NCBI GenBank assembly: GCA_937936355.1
Contig: CALDDM010000030.1
Location: forward strand, 1 to 56,484
Length of the DNA: 56,484 nucleotides
Source: Minisyncoccota bacterium
GTDB lineage: Bacteria > Patescibacteriota > Minisyncoccia > Moranbacterales > GCA-2747515
Direction: 5' to 3'
Shown here piece by piece: positions 1 to 8,426 of this stretch; position 1 is the first letter of the stretch, and each line of letters opens with the position of its first letter. The translations under genes and the position numbers were made by a program. The notes under the pieces are model-generated. The model was not told the origin of the DNA. It saw only the letters and a list, made by a program, of their open reading frames with translations, and searched no databases.

Positions 1-93
1 CCGCAAACAAAAAAGCCAAGTCGCGTAGGATTTACAATAGATGACAAGGGTAACAAGTCGCGCATCGCTAAAAAGAGCGGAAAGGAGCTATAG
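1..93 (+). CDS. rplX: 50S ribosomal protein uL24, C-terminal part (5' truncated by window)
   Basis: Frame 1 reads PQTKKPSRVGFTIDDKGNKSRIAKKSGKEL*, the typical uL24 C-terminus; lies directly upstream of rplE. Confidence 0.9.
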   Translation, partial: PQTKKPSRVGFTIDDKGNKSRIAKKSGKEL

Positions 94-141
94 ACTCATC
101 AAAAGCTCCAAAGATAAATAAACGACCATATAATCACGAGA

Positions 142-702
142 ATGAGCACAGCAAAGTCAACAAAGCAACAGTATGAGGCCATCAAGCAAGACCTGATGAA
201 AAATGTCGGCGTCAGCAACGCAATGAACACTCCTCGTATCACAAAGGTGGTGGTAAATGTTGGAATAGGACGGATCATCAAAGATTCTGATCGCGTTCAA
301 GAGGTTTTCGACGCGATCAGAGACATTACTGGACAATTACCAGTCAAAACACTCGCAAAAAAGTCTATTGCAGGATTCAAGATACGAGAAGGTCAAGCAG
401 TTGGGATAAAGGTAACTCTACGAGGACAAAGAATGTGGGACTTCTTAACACGACTCGTTGGTGGTGCTCTCCCTCGCGTAAGGGATTTCCAAGGGATTCC
501 CTTGCGAAGTGTTGATAACGAAGGGAATTTAAATATCGGAATTAAAGAGCACACAGTTTTTCCGGAGATTATTGCTGAAAAAGTCCGAACAATCTTTAGT
601 TTGCAAGTGACAATCTCATGTGATGCAAGTGATCGCGATGACGCGATAAAGATGTATCGCGCACTCGGATTTCCACTTCACAAAGAGGAGTCTAAAAAAT
701 AA
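142..702 (+). CDS. rplE: 50S ribosomal protein uL5
   Basis: PRITKVVVNVGIG, AKKSIAGFKIREG and LPRVRDFQG motifs; spc operon order. Confidence 0.98.
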   Translation: MSTAKSTKQQYEAIKQDLMKNVGVSNAMNTPRITKVVVNVGIGRIIKDSDRVQEVFDAIRDITGQLPVKTLAKKSIAGFKIREGQAVGIKVTLRGQRMWDFLTRLVGGALPRVRDFQGIPLRSVDNEGNLNIGIKEHTVFPEIIAEKVRTIFSLQVTISCDASDRDDAIKMYRALGFPLHKEESKK

Positions 703-723
703 ACGAATCTAACGTAAACAATT

Positions 724-909
724 ATGGCCAAGAAATCTGTTATAGCACGATCTGAGAAAAAGCCGAAATTCTCTACACGCAAGGTGAATCGTTGTTGGAA
801 GTGTGGAAGAAAACGTTACTACCTTCGAGTATTTGGCTTATGTCGCATGTGCTTCAGGGAGCTTGCAAGTAAGGGAGAGATCCCGGGTGTTCGTAAGTCC
901 AGCTGGTAA
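724..909 (+). CDS. rpsN: 30S ribosomal protein uS14, zinc-binding (type Z)
   Basis: 61 aa with RCWKCGR...GLCRMCFRE (two CxxC) and ending GVRKSSW. Confidence 0.98.
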   Translation: MAKKSVIARSEKKPKFSTRKVNRCWKCGRKRYYLRVFGLCRMCFRELASKGEIPGVRKSSW

Positions 910-959
910 GGCCAAAAGGATACTGCAGAGACCTCTAAATGTTCAATACTATAAATGTT

Positions 960-1367
960 ATGATCGATCCAATTTCAGATATGTTAACGAGAATTCGCAA
1001 TGCGCAGGCATCGCGACACACTCAGGTGCGAATCCCTGCATCAAAACTAAAGCTTGCAATCGCACACGTTCTTGAGCGTGAAGGCTTTATTGAGAAAGTT
1101 GAGCGTGAAACCAGCGAAAAAGGTCACGTACTTATTGTCATTACCCTGACATATGTACAAGTATCTCACGCACGCAAAGCAGCTAAGATCAAGGGAATTG
1201 AGCAAGTATCAAAGCAAGGTCAGAGACGTTATGTTGGGAAAGATGCAATTCACGACGTGAAAAGAGGTTATGGCATCTCAATCATCTCAACATCTCAAGG
1301 CGTAATGACGGGCAAGGATGCAAGACGTAAAGGTCTGGGTGGTGAATTTATTTGTCGTGCTTGGTAG
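960..1367 (+). CDS. rpsH: 30S ribosomal protein uS8
   Basis: MIDPISDMLTRIRNA start; ISTSQGVMT...GGEFIC; start moved to the ATG at 960. Confidence 0.97.
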   Translation: MIDPISDMLTRIRNAQASRHTQVRIPASKLKLAIAHVLEREGFIEKVERETSEKGHVLIVITLTYVQVSHARKAAKIKGIEQVSKQGQRRYVGKDAIHDVKRGYGISIISTSQGVMTGKDARRKGLGGEFICRAW

Positions 1368-1395
1368 TATCGGAATCAATTGAAATATTTAGTAT

Positions 1396-1935
1396 ATGAG
1401 TCGTATAGGAAAACAATCAGTTGCACTACCGGATGGCGTTACTGCAAGTGTTGATGCTGGAGTTGTGACGGTAAAAGGAGCAAAAGAAGTACTAAGCATG
1501 CCAGTACATGGAGCTGTCTCTGTTGAAGTTGCTGACGGAAGTATAAATGTGACCAAAAACCACAATGCAAAAATTGCACAAGCAATGTGGGGCACAACAG
1601 TGAGGCTGTTAGAGAACATGGTCCACGGTGTAAGCAAGGGATTCGAGCGAGCGCTTGAGCTCAACGGTGTAGGATTTCGCATGGCAGTGCAAGGTCGGAA
1701 ATTAGACTTGGCACTGGGATTTTCACACCCTGTCGTGCTAGACATACCAGAAGGCCTAAACGCAGAGATTGAAAAGAACATACTGAAAATTACTGGTGCA
1801 GACAAGCAGAAAGTCGGTCAGTTTGCAGCGGAAATTAGGTCTTTGAAGCCTGTTGAGCCATACAAGGGTAAAGGTTTCAAGTATACTGACGAGCTCGTGC
1901 GTCGTAAGGAGGGTAAACGAGCGACATCTGCTTAG
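1396..1935 (+). CDS. rplF: 50S ribosomal protein uL6
   Basis: MSRIGK start; LGFSHPV and EPYKGKG motifs. Confidence 0.98.
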   Translation: MSRIGKQSVALPDGVTASVDAGVVTVKGAKEVLSMPVHGAVSVEVADGSINVTKNHNAKIAQAMWGTTVRLLENMVHGVSKGFERALELNGVGFRMAVQGRKLDLALGFSHPVVLDIPEGLNAEIEKNILKITGADKQKVGQFAAEIRSLKPVEPYKGKGFKYTDELVRRKEGKRATSA

Positions 1936-2021
1936 GTACGTGGTGCTTTGCATGCAGCTAAATGTGTGCTACAGTGCCAAAACTATTATAGACAAAGATT
2001 TGTAATGATAACAAGTGAGAT

Positions 2022-2369
2022 ATGCACATAACACGAAACGACAAAAGAAAACACCGCACCAGACGTATAAGGGCCAAAGTAGCTGGTACGCAGCAACGAC
2101 CCCGCCTCAGTGTTTTTCGATCTTTGCAGGATTTTTCAGCGCAGCTTATCGATGATACTAAAGGAGAGACTATGATCGCTGGACGTGTAAGTGGCCTCAA
2201 GGGTGCAAATAATACAGTTGAGGGCGTGAGCAGTCTCGGAAAAGATCTTGCCCAAAAGTGTAAGGCAGCAGGAATTGAGAATATTGTCTTTGATCGCAGT
2301 GGATACAAATACCATGGTAAGGTACGAGCTTTTGCAGAAGCCTTACGTGAAGATGGTATAAAATTTTAA
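2022..2369 (+). CDS. rplR: 50S ribosomal protein uL18
   Basis: RPRLSVFRS and VFDRSGYKYHGKV motifs. Confidence 0.98.
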   Translation: MHITRNDKRKHRTRRIRAKVAGTQQRPRLSVFRSLQDFSAQLIDDTKGETMIAGRVSGLKGANNTVEGVSSLGKDLAQKCKAAGIENIVFDRSGYKYHGKVRAFAEALREDGIKF

Positions 2370-2387
2370 ACAGGATATTACTATAAA

Positions 2388-3314
2388 ATGAGTGCTATGA
2401 TGCCCAAAAATACTCGAAAAAAACGTCGCGGAGCGCGAAGAGAAAAACCAGAGTTCGAACAGAAACTTCTGGATCTTGCACGTGTAACGCGTGTTGTTAA
2501 GGGTGGGCGTCGCTTCCGTTTTCGTGCAACTGTTGTCGCAGGTAATCGAAAAGGCAAAGTTGGAGTGGGTGTAGCCAAGGGAACAGATGTGTCACAAGCA
2601 ATCCAAAAGGCCTTTGCAGATGCACGGAAAAACATGATTACAGTCGAGCTCGCAGGGAATACAATTTCTCATGAGATTATGAAAAAAGACGGAGCAGCAA
2701 AAATCTTACTGAATCCAGCACCAGTAGGACGCGGCATTATCGCAGGTGGAGCTGTGCGTACCGTAGTTGACCTTCTCGGTGTCAAGGATATTGTCAGCAA
2801 GTCACTTGGAACATCTAACAAGTTGAACGTTGCGCGTGCAACAATTGAAGCGCTCAAAGACTTAGAGCCGCCAACACAAGAAATGAAGGATCGTATTGCT
2901 GCAGAGGTACCAGAAGAAAAAAGTGCCAAGGCCTTCAAGGAGAGCATGAAAGTCTCTGCAAAAGAAGTAAGTAAGCCCAAGGCTAAATCTGAAACTGTAG
3001 AAACTCCAGCGCAAAAGAAAGCTGAGAAGTCACCAGCAAAAAAAACAGAGTCTAAAACACAGGTAGACACAGCACCAGATGATCTTACAAAAATAGAGGG
3101 TGTTGGACCAAAAATTGCACAGGCGCTCCAAGCTGGTGGCCTAGCAACATTTGCTGCCGTAGCAGCATCAGATGAGGATGCAATCGCTACGATGATTGCA
3201 GAGGTGCGAGGAAATCACCACCCAAAGACATGGCCAGAACAAGCAAGCCTAGCTGCAGAAGGTAAATGGGATGAGCTTAAGAAATGGCAAGATGAGTTAG
3301 ATGGTGGACGATAG
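2388..3314 (+). CDS. rpsE: 30S ribosomal protein uS5 with K/A/E-rich linker and C-terminal helix-hairpin-helix (DUF4332-like) domain
   Basis: RVTRVVKGGRRFRF and GRGIIAGG motifs in the first ~160 aa; C-terminal DDLTKIEGVGPKIAQAL...W.EQA HhH signature. Confidence 0.96.
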   Translation: MSAMMPKNTRKKRRGARREKPEFEQKLLDLARVTRVVKGGRRFRFRATVVAGNRKGKVGVGVAKGTDVSQAIQKAFADARKNMITVELAGNTISHEIMKKDGAAKILLNPAPVGRGIIAGGAVRTVVDLLGVKDIVSKSLGTSNKLNVARATIEALKDLEPPTQEMKDRIAAEVPEEKSAKAFKESMKVSAKEVSKPKAKSETVETPAQKKAEKSPAKKTESKTQVDTAPDDLTKIEGVGPKIAQALQAGGLATFAAVAASDEDAIATMIAEVRGNHHPKTWPEQASLAAEGKWDELKKWQDELDGGR

Positions 3315-3353
3315 GTCGTCTGATGAGATTTGTAAAGAAGCAACTATAAATAT

Positions 3354-3830
3354 ATGCAAAGTCACGAACTACAAACAACCAGAAGGACCAAAAAACGCAT
3401 TGGTCGGGGGGGGAAGCGCGGAACGACTGCTGGTCGTGGAACGAAAGGTCAAAAATCACGTAGTGGTGGCAATGTAAACCCACTATTCCAGGGAGGTCGC
3501 TCATCTCTTATACAACAAATGAAGAAACTGCGTGGTTTCAAGGCATTCAGGGGAGGCAAGAAGGCAATATCTCTCAATACACTTGATAAAGAATTTGCAG
3601 ACGGAGAGAGTGTAACGATAAGTGCGCTACAAGAGAAGAAAATTATACGCGCAAATGATGCAAAAAACGGTATCAAAGTGGTTTCAGGTAAGGTTTCTAA
3701 GAAGCTCACAATAGATGCTGACATTGCACTGACTGCAACAGCAAAAGATGCAATTGAAAAAGCTGGTGGAACATGTAAAGAGCAGCCCCAACGTGAACCG
3801 CGCAACGCACGAAAAGTCCCTCTCGCATAG
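3354..3830 (+). CDS. rplO: 50S ribosomal protein uL15
   Basis: RIGRGGKRGTTAGRGTKGQKSRSG and AIEKAGG motifs. Confidence 0.97.
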   Translation: MQSHELQTTRRTKKRIGRGGKRGTTAGRGTKGQKSRSGGNVNPLFQGGRSSLIQQMKKLRGFKAFRGGKKAISLNTLDKEFADGESVTISALQEKKIIRANDAKNGIKVVSGKVSKKLTIDADIALTATAKDAIEKAGGTCKEQPQREPRNARKVPLA

Positions 3831-3839
3831 GGGTAAAGC

Positions 3840-3867
3840 AAAAAACTCCGTAAGGAGTTTTTTGTTT
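3840..3867 (+). terminator. Rho-independent terminator closing the spc operon
   Basis: AAAAAACTCC-GTAA-GGAGTTTTTTGTTT directly after the rplO stop. Confidence 0.85.
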
Positions 3868-3897
3868 GATAAGCGATAAAGAATAGCAAGAAAATCA

Positions 3898-3926
3898 TTG
3901 ACTTATTGTCTGCACTCGTGTAGTAT
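3898..3926 (+). promoter_or_regulatory. sigma70-type promoter for rpsB-tsf
   Basis: TTGACT-17 nt-TAGTAT. Confidence 0.6.
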
Positions 3927-3944
3927 TTACGTATTAATATCTTG

Positions 3945-4016
3945 TATGTTTCGGTGCAAAGTCCATTCCTGCAACAAAGAAATGTTGTGTGGTTTTTGCT
4001 GAAAGCCCAGACATAT
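3945..4016 (+). promoter_or_regulatory. Structured rpsB 5' leader (candidate S2 autoregulatory RNA)
   Basis: Nested helices TATGTTT/AGACATA, GCAAAG.CCA/TGG.TTTTGC and GCAACA/TGTTGT between the promoter and the rpsB start. Confidence 0.5.
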
Positions 4017-4035
4017 ATAAACCTAAGGAAAAAAT

Positions 4036-4785
4036 ATGGCAGAGAAAAAAGATGGTAAGGCAGAGGCGGTAGTAGAGCGGCAAAATCAGTTCGATAACTT
4101 TGATTTTGAGGGCCTTGAGCTTTCTATGGAGTCGATGCTTGCAGCGGGTGTGCACTTTGGTCACCCTAAATCACGACGCAACCCTAAGATGCAGGATTTC
4201 ATTTTTGCAACGCGTGACAATGTGAATATTATCGACCTAGAAAAAACAGTCTCACTTTTTGAGACTGCGCTAAAGTTTCTTGCTGAGACTAATGCAAAGG
4301 GCAAAAAGATACTTTTTGTAGGAACGAAGAAACAGGCACAGGGATTTATAACTGATGTCGCAACATATACAGATAATCCATATGTGATCGAGCGTTGGCT
4401 AGGTGGAACAATGACAAATTTTGGTAACATTCGTAAGCGAGTGAGGTACATGCTCTCACTAGAGCAACAATTTGCAAATGATGAGCTTGAAAAGTATACA
4501 AAACTCGAAAGATTGAAGAAGCAAGAGGAGCTTGAAAAACTAACAAGACGCATGGGTGGTATCAAAAAAATGGATGAGCTACCAGGTGCAGTTTTTGTTG
4601 CAGACATCAAGGCTGACAGTCTTGCAATTCGTGAAGCACAAAGACTTGATATTCCTGTCATTGGAATTGCCGATACAAATGTTAACCCAGAGCTTGTAGA
4701 TTACCCTATTCCAGCAAACGATGATGCCCTTTCATCATTGCGCTACGTATTTGGACATGTTGCCAAAACGATCGGGAAGAAGTAG
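4036..4785 (+). CDS. rpsB: 30S ribosomal protein uS2
   Basis: MLAAGVHFGH, RWLGGTMTNF and DYPIPANDDA motifs. Confidence 0.98.
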   Translation: MAEKKDGKAEAVVERQNQFDNFDFEGLELSMESMLAAGVHFGHPKSRRNPKMQDFIFATRDNVNIIDLEKTVSLFETALKFLAETNAKGKKILFVGTKKQAQGFITDVATYTDNPYVIERWLGGTMTNFGNIRKRVRYMLSLEQQFANDELEKYTKLERLKKQEELEKLTRRMGGIKKMDELPGAVFVADIKADSLAIREAQRLDIPVIGIADTNVNPELVDYPIPANDDALSSLRYVFGHVAKTIGKK

Positions 4786-4839
4786 TTACACATACAGAAA
4801 TTGTCAAAGTCAAAAAATTCAAAAAACCCATAGAAACAT

Positions 4840-5424
4840 ATGAGCTCACTAGAACAAATCAAAAAAATACGTGAACAGACTGGAGCAGGAATCGTCGATG
4901 TAAAAAAGGCACTGACAGAGTCTGAGGGTGATGAAGCTGTTGCAATCGAAATTCTCCGAAAAAAAGGTGGAGATAAGGCTGTCAAAAAATCAGATCGGAG
5001 TGCTGGTGAGGGTGTCATAGGAACATATGTACACTCAAACCAAAAGATAGGAGCGATGGTTAAGGTGATGTGTGAAACAGATTTCGTTGCACGTAACGAA
5101 GATTTTCAAGCACTCGTCAGTGATCTCGCTATGCACATCACTGCAGCAAATCCAACTTGCCTCATACCAGAAAATGTTGATGCGCAGATCGTTGAGAAGG
5201 AGCGCGAGATCTGGACGGCACAGCTAGCAGAAGAAGGAAAGTCGGCCGATATTACACAGAAGATTCTCGAAGGAAAGGAAAAGAAGTTTCGTGAAGAGTC
5301 AGCACTTATGACGCAACCATTCGTCAAAGATCCAGACAAGACAGTGCAGGATTTGCTCAATGAGGCAGTAATTAAAATTGGTGAAAAGATAGAAATCACA
5401 GACTTCGTGCGATACAGTTTGTAA
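4840..5424 (+). CDS. tsf: Elongation factor Ts (short form)
   Basis: IREQTGAGIVDVKKAL and CETDFVARN motifs; follows rpsB; 194 aa. Confidence 0.97.
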   Translation: MSSLEQIKKIREQTGAGIVDVKKALTESEGDEAVAIEILRKKGGDKAVKKSDRSAGEGVIGTYVHSNQKIGAMVKVMCETDFVARNEDFQALVSDLAMHITAANPTCLIPENVDAQIVEKEREIWTAQLAEEGKSADITQKILEGKEKKFREESALMTQPFVKDPDKTVQDLLNEAVIKIGEKIEITDFVRYSL

Positions 5425-5488
5425 ATCTAATCAATCAAGGTTCTTATAGGCGTGGAAGAATCCACAGACCTAAGGAGGAGGATTAACG

Positions 5489-6124
5489 TTGAATTATATG
5501 GTTGAGCTTATTGTTCCACCACTGATCATTTTGGGGCTAAGTATTTCTCTGATAGTATTTCTTTCGCGCGCACTAAAGCGCGCGACAGACAATGAGGCTG
5601 CAGTATTAGATCAACAGAGTAAGTTTGCTGATCAGTCAAGTAATGCCTCCGGATGGTTATCGGGCTATACCAAGGGTGCTGTACGCGGGATATCAACACT
5701 CAAGGATAAGACGCAGCGCTTAGCGCAGAAACGCCGCATCACAGCAGCTGTAGAAGAAGCAAAGGCAAACCGCGTACAACAAGGATCTGCGCAAATCAGT
5801 GAAGACGTTGGTTATGCTGTAGAAAATGTGCACTTCACCGGTGGTCAGAACATGTCGCGAATGGGTGAAATTATCTTAAACTATCATCGCAAATCAGCTG
5901 AGGGAGCTCAGCAAAATATTCACGACCCTGCGGAGGCGCACTTTATACAAACGGTGGAAAGAGACCCGAAAAATGTTGAGGCATACGAGAGGCTTGGAGA
6001 TTTTTACATGGAGCGCCAGAATTTTGAAGATGCGCGGGAGTGCTACAAGTATGTATTACGTCTTGATCCAAAGCATCGTAGGGCGCAAGAAGCTATGAGG
6101 AACCTGGACCGAGTATTGGCCTAA
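5489..6124 (+). CDS. Membrane-anchored TPR-repeat protein
   Basis: N-terminal hydrophobic helix; C-terminal TPR (DPKNVEAYERLGDFY...EDARECYKYVLRLDP); AGGAGG Shine-Dalgarno 7 nt before the TTG start. Confidence 0.85.
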   Translation: MNYMVELIVPPLIILGLSISLIVFLSRALKRATDNEAAVLDQQSKFADQSSNASGWLSGYTKGAVRGISTLKDKTQRLAQKRRITAAVEEAKANRVQQGSAQISEDVGYAVENVHFTGGQNMSRMGEIILNYHRKSAEGAQQNIHDPAEAHFIQTVERDPKNVEAYERLGDFYMERQNFEDARECYKYVLRLDPKHRRAQEAMRNLDRVLA

Positions 6125-6145
6125 ATGTGATTATGGTTAGCAGAC

Positions 6146-6174
6146 TTGCACAGAAAGCGCACATGGGCTACAAT
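6146..6174 (+). promoter_or_regulatory. sigma70-type promoter for the tRNA cluster
   Basis: TTGCAC-17 nt-TACAAT. Confidence 0.55.
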
Positions 6175-6241
6175 TGATCCTGTATCTTAATTTCACAGTA
6201 CCAAAAAATCTCGCAGAGAAATGTGATTGATACTGCAAGAT

Positions 6242-6314
6242 GCCACTTTAGCTCAGTTGGTAGAGCATCGGTTTTGTAAACCGCAGGTCGTCAGTTCGAA
6301 TCTGACAAGTGGCT
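6242..6314 (+). tRNA. tRNA-Thr(TGT)
   Basis: Cloverleaf: GCCACTT/AAGTGGC acceptor, loop TTTGTAA, T-loop TTCGAAT; CCA not encoded. Confidence 0.95.
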
Positions 6315-6346
6315 CAAGAATGAAAATAATGTAAGGTAGCTCAGAC

Positions 6347-6541
6347 TAAATCTGACGACTTCGGTCTCCGAGTCGTAAAATATGTGAGTACATGCAACAT
6401 AACATTGGGTGGATGGCCCAGCGGTCAAATGCATCCAAAGAGACTATCAGAGTAAATCTGACGACTTCGGTCTCCGAGTCGTAAAATATGTGAGTACATG
6501 CAACATAACATTGGGTGGATGGCAGAGCGGTCAAATGCATC
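6347..6541 (+). repeat. Tandem direct repeat (period 106 bp) built from tRNA-Tyr pieces and its 5' leader
   Basis: 6347-6417 is identical to 6453-6523; similarity continues through GCGGTCAAATGCATC. Confidence 0.92.
6407..6473 (+). pseudogene. Degenerate tRNA-Tyr copy (insertion before the anticodon stem, 5-nt anticodon loop, no T arm or 3' acceptor strand)
   Basis: Matches the 5' two-thirds of the intact tRNA-Tyr at 6513, then breaks off after the variable arm. Confidence 0.8.
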
Positions 6542-6595
6542 AGACTGTAAATCTGACGACTTCGGTCTACGGGGGTTCGAATCCCTCTCTGCCCA
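6513..6595 (+). tRNA. tRNA-Tyr(GTA)
   Basis: Cloverleaf with TCAGA-CTGTAAA-TCTGA anticodon arm, long variable arm and GGGGG-TTCGAAT-CCCTC T arm. Confidence 0.96.
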
Positions 6596-6600
6596 CAAGG

Positions 6601-6625
6601 AAGCGACTGAAAAGTCGCTTTTGTT
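6601..6625 (+). terminator. Terminator-like hairpin after tRNA-Tyr
   Basis: AAGCGACT-GAAA-AGTCGCTT-TTGTT. Confidence 0.7.
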
Positions 6626-6652
6626 ATAATCTGTGATAGGGTGGAGGATAGT

Positions 6653-6725
6653 GCCGATATAGCTCAGTTGGTAGAGCGTTTCCATGGTAAGGAAAAGGTC
6701 TGCAGTTCAAATCTGCATATCGGCT
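6653..6725 (+). tRNA. tRNA-Thr(GGT)
   Basis: GCCGATA/TATCGGC acceptor; TTTCC-ATGGTAA-GGAAA anticodon arm. Confidence 0.95.
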
Positions 6726-6770
6726 CAGTATGGTATTATAGTTACGCATACCAAAGTTACACATACCAAT

Positions 6771-6841
6771 GCGGGATTAGTTAAGTGGTATAACATGGGT
6801 CTCCAAAACCCAGGTCGGGAGTTCGATTCTCTCATCCCGTG
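6771..6841 (+). tRNA. tRNA-Trp(CCA)
   Basis: TGGGT-CTCCAAA-ACCCA anticodon arm, G discriminator, T-loop TTCGATT. Confidence 0.9.
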
Positions 6842-7028
6842 CGAGCATGCACAAAGCATCCATGAGAGGAAAATTTTGAAAATGCTACTCCGTACAGAAA
6901 GAAGGCGGTGTATGGGATTGCTATTCCACAGATCATGAGCTAGGCCGACATGGCAAGTCATTATACATAATTACTCCGTGTGCTTGCAGCATGGGTGTGG
7001 TATTGATCATTACAGGTTTGAGTAAACA

Positions 7029-7050
7029 AAAAACCTGCGAACAGGTTTTT
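7029..7050. terminator. Bidirectional terminator
   Basis: AAAAACCTG-CGAA-CAGGTTTTT between the tRNA cluster and a convergent ORF. Confidence 0.75.
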
Positions 7051-7074
7051 GCTCCAGGTTAGCGCTGATTTAAG

Positions 7075-7494
7075 TTAAGTTCGACGCAAAAAAAATCGAG
7101 TCGTCCTACTCCAAAGGTCAGAAATTTGCAGGCGTTTGACATCCTGCTTGCAGTAGTTATGATCTAATTTTTGGTGCGTACCACATTCAACATTGATTTG
7201 AACTATTTGGTTCGGTGAAAATACAAATCCCCACCCATGATCTAAATTAAACTCAGGAATATTTGTTGCTTCTATTATCCCGGCAAGAGCACTCTTCTCT
7301 GAATCTATGCTCTCATAAGCTTTCACTGCATCTAGAACAGATTCATAAGGCATGCGCTCGCCAACATAGCCAACGCATTGGTAATATGTCCCAGGCTTTT
7401 TGAATGAGTCAGGTCTAGATGCATCAATGGCTCCCACAATGTAGTAAGATCTATGATGTTTTAGAACTAGGAAGATATCACTAAATGTATCCAA
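7075..7494 (-). CDS. Hypothetical protein (~139 aa)
   Basis: Open frame. TTG start at 7494 is preceded on the minus strand by AAGGAG and by a TTGACA-17-TATCTT promoter. No family recognised. Confidence 0.6.
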   Translation of the reverse strand: MDTFSDIFLVLKHHRSYYIVGAIDASRPDSFKKPGTYYQCVGYVGERMPYESVLDAVKAYESIDSEKSALAGIIEATNIPEFNLDHGWGFVFSPNQIVQINVECGTHQKLDHNYCKQDVKRLQISDLWSRTTRFFLRRT

Positions 7495-7602
7495 AACTCT
7501 CTCCTTATTGTATTTACAATAAAGATACCATATTATAATATTTTTGTCAAATATGATATAAAATGTATAAGGGTATGGGTAACGACAGAAAAATAAGGCG
7601 TA

Positions 7603-7763
7603 CATAAGCAGAGTCATCTTGGATGAGGGGAAGTTGTAATAGCTGTGGTCGGGTTACACGATAAAAGCTATATAATGAAGCAAAATGTATAAGATACTAA
7701 TCAAAAATCGAACGGTTATCGATGAGACAAGCGACTCAATTTTTCGTGCAGACGTTGTAATAA
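7603..7763 (+). repeat. Diverged direct repeat A1 (copy of the upstream region and first ~26 codons of the amidohydrolase gene)
   Basis: Ungapped similarity to 10005-10165 (offset 2402). Confidence 0.9.
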
Positions 7764-7804
7764 TCTGTTCTAATTGTCTCTATGAGATCGCAGATGTTTG
7801 TTAG
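7685..7804 (+). pseudogene. Truncated 5' fragment of the amidohydrolase gene
   Basis: MYKILIKNRTVIDETSDSIFRADVVI...* versus MYKILIKNGTVIDGTGDPMFRADVAI at 10087. Confidence 0.8.
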
Positions 7805-7904
7805 GAGAAAATGAACTAATACTTGCTATAAAGTAAAGTTCAAAAGTTGACATGTAGAAAAATATGTGATTAAATCTTTTTACGTCAACAAAGGGGGTAT
7901 ATCG

Positions 7905-8426
7905 ATGAAGAAAGTCATCGTGGCTACAACGGCGGCAATAATTGTAGTCGTAAGTTATTTTTCATTCATAGGTTCGTCGAAGAAGGAAAATAAAGATGGG
8001 TGGGTGCAAGTAAAGACACATAGCATAAACAATGACTTGTTCACAGTCTTTGTGCGTGTGAGTGGAGATACGATCATCTTTAAATTGGATGGCGGCATCT
8101 ACAACAAAGATGATGTGAGATTATCAGATCTTGCATTGCATGATGTGTTCATGTCTATGGTAAAGATGGGGGAACAAGTGCTTGTCTTTAGCCACGAAGG
8201 GCAAGAGACATTTATATTGCTGGCACAACGCAAAGACAATGAACTACCAGGTCTTCCGAGACTTGGCATAGATTACCTAATCATTGGATCGGTGGAGGGC
8301 GATAACTTTAAGGAAGGTGATCTTAGGCAAATTGAGTTAAAGGCTTATAGTAAGGTCATATTGCCATGGACACATCTCAAGGTAGCGTTAGATGAAGCTC
8401 TAGCTACTAATGAGAAGTATGACTAA
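7905..8426 (+). CDS. Hypothetical exported or membrane-anchored protein
   Basis: AAGGGGG Shine-Dalgarno, then MKKVIVATTAAIIVVVSYF signal/TM; followed by hairpin GTGGAGTC...GGCTCCAC-TTT. Confidence 0.75.
   Translation: MKKVIVATTAAIIVVVSYFSFIGSSKKENKDGWVQVKTHSINNDLFTVFVRVSGDTIIFKLDGGIYNKDDVRLSDLALHDVFMSMVKMGEQVLVFSHEGQETFILLAQRKDNELPGLPRLGIDYLIIGSVEGDNFKEGDLRQIELKAYSKVILPWTHLKVALDEALATNEKYD

Noticed and set aside
6341-6600. CRISPR array
   Set aside because: The repeated units are tRNA-Tyr pieces with identical intervening sequence; there are no unique spacers and no cas genes in the window.
6771-6841. tRNA-Gly(TCC) or a recoding tRNA
   Set aside because: The 7-nt loop CTCCAAA centres on CCA and the discriminator is G, so the tRNA is Trp.
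6346-6961. ORFs 6346-6540, 6409-6636, 6425-6685, 6684-6938 and 6725-6961
   Set aside because: They overlap tRNA genes and the repeat; spurious frames.
6845-7020. Possible gene remnant after tRNA-Trp
   Set aside because: Only short interrupted frames with no recognisable homology; cannot be supported.
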